Assembly: GCA_028534125.1 (NCBI GenBank) | Contig: CM052816.1 | Coordinates: 13,208,001-13,272,000 of the forward strand | Length of the DNA stretch: 64,000 bases | Origin: Lama glama | Taxonomy: Eukaryota | Direction: 5' to 3' | Shown here: one piece after another, positions 38,118 through 46,116 of the stretch | How the letters are laid out: each line of letters opens with the position of its first letter | How positions within the stretch are numbered: position 1 is the first letter of the stretch | Program-made: the position numbers and the translations under genes | Notes under the pieces: model-generated | Told to the model about the DNA's origin: nothing | Databases searched by the model: none | The model's input: the letters and a program-made list of their open reading frames with translations, nothing else

Positions 38118-38429
38118 GTACGTACGCCCCGACCCCCTTCCCTGCCCTCCCCTCCCTGATGCCTCTCCGGAGGGCGTGTCTGGCCGTCCGGCCCCGCGAG
38201 CCGCGGAGACGCTGCGGCACCGTTTCCGTGCAACCTCGTAGCCCCGTGCGAAGTAACACACTTCGCGTAAGTCGGCCCGGGGGAGGTGCCGCGGACCACC
38301 CCCGCGGCTCAGCTGCGGGCCCTGCCCCGGATCCCCCAGCCAGCCCGCTGTCACCCGCAGGGGCGCAGCCGGCGGTCGCCGCCGAGGGACACGGCGAGCT
38401 CCGGAGTGGGTCGGGAGTCGCGGAGCTGG

Positions 38430-38438
38430 GCGGGGGCG
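38430..38438 (+). promoter_or_regulatory. EGR1/NGFI-A site GCGGGGGCG of the 1F promoter
   Basis: Exact EGR1 consensus directly upstream of the 1F-like exon; both CpGs intact. Confidence 0.85.
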
Positions 38439-38440
38439 GG

Positions 38441-38507
38441 AAGGAGCGGCGAGAAGAGAAACTAGGGAAACTCGGATTCCCTCCGAAGCCGGCCTCAGAA
38501 AGACCAG
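38441..38507 (+). other. NR3C1: Non-coding first exon 1F-like (rat 1-7 orthologue)
   Basis: Immediately after the EGR1 site; ends AGACCAG|GTCGGC (donor 38508). TSS approximate. Confidence 0.75.
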
Positions 38508-38819
38508 GTCGGCCCGCGCCGCCGCCGCCTCTCCTTTTCCCTGGGGGCGAGGGGGTGGGCGGGCGAAGAGGAGCCCCCGCGGGCCCGGGGGGCGGGGCCG
38601 TGCCCGGGGGACCGCGGGCGTGCAGGCGCCGTCGCGGCCGGGGCGGCGGAGCCCGCGCGCAGGGCGTGGGGGCGGGGGCCGCGGCCTCCCCTGCAGTTGC
38701 CGCGCGTCGCCAACAGGTTGCAGCGTTCCCCGCCGCCGCCGCCGCCGCGCGGCCCCTCGGGCGGGGAGCGGCCGGGGGTGGAGTGGGAGCGCGTGTGTGT
38801 GCGAGTGTGTGCGCGCCGT

Positions 38820-39297
38820 GGCGCCGCCTCCGCCCGCCCCCAGCTCGGTCCCGCTCGCTCGCCGCGGCCGGGCGGCCCTTTCGCGTGTCCGCGCTGCCTC
38901 CCCTCCTCCTCCTCCTCCATTTTGCGAGCTCGAGTCTGTGACTGGAGCCCGAGTCACCGCCCGCCCGTCGGGGACGGATCCTAGAGGGTGGAAAGAGACG
39001 CCGCCGCCGGAGCGGCCGGAGCGGCGGGGCGCCAGCCCGGAGGACGCGCACCTAGGAGCCCTGGCCCGCGGAGACGGGCGCGGGGCTGGGGGCTGGCTTG
39101 TCAGCCGGGAAATGGGAGTCTTTTTTAAATAGGGGCTCTCCCTTCCCCCCGTGGAGAAGGGGGCGGCTGTTTACTTCCTTTTTTTAGAAGAAAAAAATCT
39201 CTCCCTCCTGCTCCTCCTGCTTTCACACGCTAAGTTGTTTATCTCAGCTGCGGTGGGCGCTGCGGACGGTGGAGGGCGAGCGGCGCCGCTGGCAGAG
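38820..39297 (+). other. NR3C1: Non-coding first exon 1C-like
   Basis: GGCGCCGCCTCC...CCATTTTGCGAGCTCG...GCTAAGTTGTTTATCTC...GCAGAG resembles the recalled human major 5'UTR; donor GAG|GTAAGG at 39298. TSS approximate. Confidence 0.85.
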
Positions 39298-39880
39298 GTA
39301 AGGGGAGGGCAGGGCAGGGCCGGGGGCTGGGGCCCGCGCGGGCGCCCGCTCCCCGAGGTGCGGGCCGGGGCCCGGAGGCCAGCTCGGGGGCTGCCGCGGA
39401 AGCCTGCAAACTTTTATTAGCCTGGGGGAGTGGGGGTGGGGGCAAGGCGAGGGCCGGGTGACGGTGACGAAAGGGCAGCGCGCGGGTGACAGCGCTGGCC
39501 TCTTCCTCTCCCTGGGCCGCCGTCCCCCGGCCGGGCCGAGGGGGAGGAACCTGAGCTCTCGGCGAGGGGAGCCTCGTCGAGCAGCCCCGGCTTCCCAGCC
39601 TCTCGTTCCCCGGGGCAGAATCCTTGGCTTCTTTTTAAAATTTGCTCAAGTCCCCTATCTCTTCCCTCCCAGAGGGCCTCCCAAACACCCCCCGGCCCCC
39701 TTTTTTTTCCTGGGGAACGCGGGGCCGCGTCTGAATTCTCCTGGCCCGAATCTTTCCACTCCACCCTGGCGCGCCCGAGCGCGAGCAGGGCTGGTGTCGA
39801 GGCTCCCGTGCGTCTCCTCTCCGGCGGGCGCGCGGGGTGTGTGTGTGTCTGAGTGTGTGTGCGTGTGCACACGTGGGGGG

Positions 39881-39962
39881 CTGACAGCCTGCGACTCGGA
39901 GACTTCGGCCAGGGCTGGCGTTATCTGGTAGGAGTGGGCGTGTCGGAGAAAGAACTCAACAG
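39881..39962 (+). other. NR3C1: Non-coding first exon 1H-like
   Basis: CTGACAGCC...GGCGTTATCTG...GTGTCGGAGAAAGAACTCAACAG|GTCTGG (donor 39963), last first exon before exon 2. Confidence 0.65.
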
Positions 39963-41678
39963 GTCTGGACGCATTTCTCTTTTAACCTCGCAGTTTTCTC
40001 TCCCCGGAGAGGGTTTGTTCTTCAGCGCTTGGCATCACTCCGCGCCTGACGTTTTGAAGGGGCCCCTTTTGGAAAAAGACTCTCCCTACCTGTGATGGTT
40101 TTGTGGTGCCATTTGTGGCCGGCGCTGGTTTGACGTTTTGAGATTGTAGACTTGATAATTGCAGCCTTCTAATGCCACTTAAGACTCCTGCGCACGGTTC
40201 ATTAAGGCCCATTAATGTGACAGGGTTATTTGCGATTTAAACGGGGGGATAAAGTCGTTTGAGGGATCGTTTCGTTTCAGGAAGTATTGTTTTGGTTTCG
40301 AGTTTGAAGGCAGCTGTCAAAGCGGCGTGGAAATTCATTAGTCTCCACTTGATACCTTGTGTTTAGAGATCGTTATCAGATAAACGCGGCGGAGGATCGG
40401 AGAGAGAGGCAATTTACCCTCAAGATTTGTAGTGCGGATCCCCACCTTTCTGTACCTTCATTACACTCCCACTTTCAGTGAGGGCCGGTGAAGTTTATGC
40501 TTCTTAAAGTCTCTGTGCAGGAAAAGTTTCCTTTCACTGAACGGGTTTTTGACTATAATGTCGGAAGTGTGCTTATCAAAATCTGTGCCCGCCTCTTAAA
40601 ACATCTTGATTGTTAATAGTCTACCAGCAACGTAACTCTCTTGAGAAAAGGCTCAGGATTAGGATAGGTGAAGCTTTAGATCGCAGAGAAAACTTTTCCG
40701 AGTATTTTATTAGGTATTATTTTACTTGGATTAATATGGATGCGATTTTACAGTTTTGGGGGTTTTGTTTCCATCTATTTTTCAGTACTTCGATGTTTGG
40801 TCAGGAAAAATCTTAATTTAGAGATACAGTGTTTCATACTGAGGGTCTTAAGCAGTTTTAAAAAAATAAGTGGCTTCATTGAGATTTAGTTGTGTTTTGA
40901 GAGTTTTATTATTCGTTGTATTTAAAGAAGTTAAAATTGCACTGAGAATCTACTACACATTCTATTCTGCTTTTTAAAATCTAAATTTTAGTTAGCCTGT
41001 ATGCAGTGTATTTCATTTCGTATGTCCAAAATTTGAAGGCAGGCAGCTGATAGGTACGTTCAGTAAGAAATGTGGGTTAAAAATAAGAGCCTTTTCCTAG
41101 CCTGTTGGAAGATGAGCAAATCATCATTGTTTATTTTTGAAATAAAATGTGCACCGGTAGGTTGTACTAAAAGATTTGAACGTGTGACCAGCTGGTAGGA
41201 GGGGAATTTGAGAATAATTAGAGAATTCTAGCATGATTTTTATCAGATTTTATGTGTATGATTCGAAGAACAGCAAAACAGCCTTGATTGCTTGAAAAGA
41301 GGCAGGAATTTTATTTTTTTTTAATTAAATACTTTGACATCAGCTTGCACCTTTAGAATAATCAGATGTAATGAGTTATAATGTCTGTGATTAACAGAGT
41401 TACAGTTCTGTGCGTGGCGGGTGAATAGCGAAGCTCAGCTGATACAGTTTTGTCCTCAGCTGTGCAAATGGACTGCCTTGTACTTTTAAATGTGACACAG
41501 CACATTGAATGGGAATAGGGGACGCAGCTTTTTTTTTTTATTTTGGGAGATAGACTACTATTCTGAATTCTATTCGGAGCTAACTAAAAGGTTCATTTAA
41601 CAGGCTCTTACTAATCGGATCACAGAGATAATGTGACTTTCTAGCTTATTATGTTCCCTCCTTTTTTTTTTTTTGTAG

Positions 41679-42890
41679 CTAATATTCCCTGATGGACCCC
41701 AAGGAACCTTTAAGCACCCCCAGTAGAGAAGAGATCCCCAGCAGTGTGCTTGTTCGGGAGAGGGGAAATGTGGTGGACTTCTATAAAACCCTAAGGGGAG
41801 GAGCTACTGCGAAGGCTTCTGCATCTTCACCCTCACTGGCTGCCGCTTCACAGTCAGACTCCAAGCAGCAGAGACTTTTGGTTGATTTTCCAAAAGGCTC
41901 AGGAAGCAACGCGCAGCAGCCAGATCTGTCCAAGGCAGTTTCACTCTCAATGGGACTGTATATGGGAGAGACAGAAACAAAAGTGATGGGAAATGACCTG
42001 GGATTCCCACCGCAGGGCCAAACCAGCCTTTCCTCTGGAGAGACAGACTTTCGGCTTCTGGAAGAAAGCATCGCGAACCTCAATAAGTCGACCAGTGTTC
42101 CAGAGAACCCCAAGAACTCGGCACCTGCTGCTGTGTCTGCTGCCCCCACAGAGAGGGAATTTCAAAAGACTCACTCTGACGTGTCTTCAGAACAGCATCA
42201 TTCGAAGGGCCAGACTGGCACCAACGGGGGTAATGTGAAGTTGTATGCCACAGACCAAAGCACCTTTGATGTTTGGAGGAAAAAACTCCAGGATTTGGAG
42301 TTTCCTTCTGGGTCCCCAGGTAAAGAAACAAGTGAGAGTCCTTGGAGCTCAGACCTCTTGATAGATGAAAACTGTTTGCTTTCTCCTTTGGCAGGAGAGG
42401 ATGACCCATTCCTTTTGGAAGGAAGCTCAAATGAGGACTATAAGCCTCTTGTTTTACCGGACACTAAACCTAAAATTAAGGATAATGGAGATCTGATCTT
42501 ATCAAGCCCCACCAGTGTGCCAGTGCCGCAAGTGAAAACAGAAAAAGAAGATTTTATTGAACTCTGCACCCCTGGGGTAATTAAGCAGGAGAAACTGGGC
42601 CCAGTTTACTGTCAGGCAAGCTTTTCTGGGGCAAATATAATTGGTAATAAAATGTCTGCCATTTCTGTTCATGGTGTGAGTACCTCTGGGGGACAGATGT
42701 ACCACTATGACATGAATACAGCATCCCTTTCTCAACAGCAGGATCAGAAACCTATTTTTAATGTCATTCCACCAATTCCTGTTGGTTCAGAAAATTGGAA
42801 TAGATGCCAAGGATCTGGAGATGATAACTTGACTTCCTTGGGGACTTTGAACTTCCCAGGTCGATCGGTTTTTTCTAATGGCTACTCAAG
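41679..42890 (+). other. NR3C1: NR3C1 exon 2 (13-nt 5'UTR plus CDS), common acceptor for all first exons
   Basis: Poly-T tract + GTAG acceptor (AG 41677-41678), ATG 13 nt downstream, in-frame TAA at -12, GT donor at 42891. Confidence 0.97.
41692..42890 (+). CDS. NR3C1: Glucocorticoid receptor, coding part of exon 2 (N-terminal domain / AF-1; 399 codons + 2 nt, continues in exon 3 outside the window)
   Basis: Translation [14 protein letters not shown]...[30 protein letters not shown]...[23 protein letters not shown]...FSNGYS is the GR N-terminus. SP phosphosites (GSPG, ESPW, LSPL) and SUMO motifs (VKTE, IKQE) are present. Ends at donor AAG|GTAAGG (42891). Confidence 0.99.
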
Positions 42891-45800
42891 GTAAGGTGAC
42901 TACTTTTCTATTTCTTGAGAATGGTACATTTAAAACAGATTAGTAGATTTAAATACTCGTTTATTTGTATGTGTTCTCCAGTGATGCATGTGCTTTTTCA
43001 TGTGAATAAGTTTAAGTGGTCTTTTGGAAGCAGGCGTGGTAGACAGCCTAAGTGATTTATCTGTGCCAAACCATTTCAAGGTGTGGTTTTTTTCCCCCCC
43101 TGAAATCATGGTATTCAATATCTCATTGGCCAGTGGTTGAAAATTTTATGTCAAAATTTAAAATAATATTGCTCATTAACAGGCATCTTCAGTAAAAACT
43201 ATGTTCGAGGGGGTATAATGTTTGGAAATGTATTTATTGTGTGTGTTCATTTAAGCTGTTTTAGAATATGCTCTTTACATTACAGTGAAAAGTACTCTTA
43301 ATGTTTTACATAATCAAAAGCTGTGCTGTATTTTTACATTTTGAAGTGAGGGGATTAAAGGGTTAAAAATTAGAAGCTCTAACCGTTAGCTCTTTTCTTT
43401 AAACTGAACGTTCTGTTGAAGAATCTGAGTTCTGAGGTTGCTAAAGTAATGCAGTGAGTAGTGTACCTGAGCCGAGTATTAGACCTGGGACTTGCCCACA
43501 GGGTTCCTGACCTAAAGTAGGGAGGTTGTGTCTGCTGATTGGTTTCTTTAAGGAAGGAATTGGTGGCAACAAGGTGCTTGATTTTACTTTCAAATGTTCC
43601 CACAGGTTGTCAAATGTGTAACTGATGGCCAACACTGTTAAGCTTCGGTCTCAGCTGTGTGCGACTTGTCTCTGTCTTCTTTTTTCTCAGTCATTTATAA
43701 GAACATTGCCATTTCCATTTGACCTCAAAAAGGTCTGTCAAAGTGAAATTACCAGGGAAAAATTCTAAATTTCGATGTTTCTCTCTGTTGGTAGGAGTTA
43801 AGTTCTCTATCCAATACCCTCATCCTCGATTCAGGTGAATGTGTATCACATTTTAGGTGTGAAGGAAAATTACATCTTTATAATGTAATTGTAGAGACAC
43901 AAGATTGATTAATCAGTGGATTGTTGGGTTTTTGGGGTTCTTGTTTTTTGGGGTTTTTCTTTTTTTGGAAGTGCATAGTAGACACAGTGATTTATCTGTA
44001 CCTAAGTGTTACAAGTTTTTTTCTTAAATTTTAGTGATATTCACTGTTCCCATTAACTAGTCAGTGAAGATTTTATTTAAAACTCTTTAAAATATTTTTT
44101 CTGTTAAAGATATAGCCTTATACTGAGGTGTCTCTTTTCCTCTTTAACTAGGAAGCTTTTCTTGTTGGGGGAAAAAAATTAGACTTAGATAAATACAGGC
44201 TGTGCTCTGTTCCTTTAAAAGGCTTAGATGTTTCTTATCAAAAGAAGAAAAAATCCTTTGTTCATGTGTGTCTTAATGTAATGTAAACTATTAATCCGTT
44301 ATTTAAATAATGATTATCGTTTGCTTAGAACACTGCTTTAGCTTTTTATTGTTGTCACTATGAATTGAAGGTTTAAAATGTTTTCAATAAGAAGATTTGA
44401 GATGCTATCACATAAACTGTTATGTTTAAATGTAGAAACATGCTGTTTTTAAAATTTTTCAATCTCACGTTTTTGGCAGTAGAATTCATGATTGAATATG
44501 CTGTTGTCTTAAAAGAATACATACAGTTGATTTGATTAAGGGATCTGTAGGAAACTGTTACATTGATTTATACAAATGTAATTGTACAAAGAAAAATCAT
44601 ATATTTTAGGAAATGCTTGGGGATTATTAATGCATTTTGTTCTGATAATCAGCATAGTATTGTTTTCATTTTCCTTACTAAAAAAAGGGGATGGAAGAAG
44701 AACTTATTTTCCCTTCACAATGAACTTTCAGGAAACCCTATATAATCTGGAATCTGGAGCGTAAGTCTTAGATGAACATACTTTAAGTCATTAAAGATAG
44801 CTTTAATACCTTTTCTCGTAATTGATAACATTTAGAAAGTGTGTCAGCCTCATCACAGCCGTATGATGGCGGGCACAGCAGTGATGGTTGGATCTTTCCA
44901 GGTTTTTTGGTATACAGTGAAATGATTATTTTTATGCTTATGTGTGATTTGGAATTAGAATCAGTAGTTTGTGTCCTAATGAAAACGTATAATAACTTAC
45001 ACAGGATCATTTGAGAAAGTTTGAACATTTTATACCTTACAGCATTAACTTAACATTGGGAACTGTGATTTACCCAGAACAAAGCTTCTTCCAAATAAAT
45101 TGAAACTTTTTTTTTTAACCATCATTGAATTAGCCTATTGTTTGCAAACAACAGTCCTGATACAACTAAAATTGGTTGCTTTCTCTTCTCTACTTGTTAC
45201 ATGGTTCTAGCCAAACATTATGACCAGTGACCCTGAGTAATCGGCCAATAAATCAACATGTTGAGGCCACAGCTGTATTGATTCCTGACTTTCTGACTTT
45301 AGATAGAGGAATATTAAATCCACTAAAAACTTCACTTGCATTCTATTTAAAATTTTTAAAAGCATAAATTATAATTTGACTTTTAAGATGTCACTTAATA
45401 GTACTTTTTCTTAGAATGCTTTAAAAAAAAAAAAGCACTTTACACTGTTTTGCCGGGAAAGGCAATTCCTTCTGTTGTGTCAACCCAGCACAACATCTAG
45501 TTATCACATTAAATAGTAAACTTATGAATAGCATAGTATTGTCTTTTATTTGAGGTTTAAGCTCATTAATAGTAAAACAAGAAGAACCTTACTGATACTG
45601 AGATACATGCTCTGAGTAAAACGAATTAGCCATTCTAATGCAATATGCTTTTTAAATACTGAAATTCAATAAATCTCGTATAAACTTTTAACATTAGTGA
45701 AGGCACATTTCTGCATAATTTGATTTTCAACATTGTTTCACTTCAGTACTAATGGTAAAACTGTTGAAAAAGAGGTAAAGGTGGAAATGGTTTCAGGTGG

Positions 45801-46061
45801 AATTAGAGCTCTTACGAGATGATGAAAGTTTAGTGTTAAGTTCATATTTTCTGAAGGGTAAGATTATTAGAATGATGCAGGATCAATCTGTAAAGTCAAT
45901 TTTAGGTGGAGTTTAGGGCTCGGTTTGACATTTATGAAGCTATGAAAATTTATGTAGGTTTAACATCTCTCATTATCAGTTGCATCTGTGTCTAATTTTA
46001 TTAACATAATGAAAATGACCTGTACAATTACAGGAAGAGTGAAGCAAAATCTTTCCTTTTT

Positions 46062-46116
46062 AAAAAAAAATGTTTTATTTAAGTATAGTCAGTTTACAGT
46101 GTTGTGTCAATTTCAG
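46062..46116 (-). mobile_element. Ultra-short L1 3' stub
   Basis: AAGTATAGTCAGTTTACAGTGTTGTGTC identical to the 3' end of the 62759 L1; flanked by AATCTTTCC at 46048 and 46117. Confidence 0.75.

Larger units (their letters stand above)
36780..40450. promoter_or_regulatory. NR3C1: NR3C1 proximal CpG-island promoter with multiple alternative first exons
   Basis: Very high GC and CpG density with many GC boxes (GGGGCGGGG), 1.2-4.9 kb upstream of exon 2. Boundaries approximate. Confidence 0.95.

Noticed and set aside
37695..39132. Long overlapping ORFs on both strands (420, 427, 314 aa and others)
   Set aside because: Stop-codon depletion in a GC-rich CpG island; Arg/Pro/Gly/Ala low complexity, no recognisable domain, overlapping non-coding first exons.
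41781..42735. Antisense ORFs over exon 2
   Set aside because: Shadows of the real coding frame with no independent evidence.
42891..42894. Stop codon ending the 400-aa ORF (truncated GR)
   Set aside because: The TAA is part of the intron donor GTAAGG and is removed by splicing.
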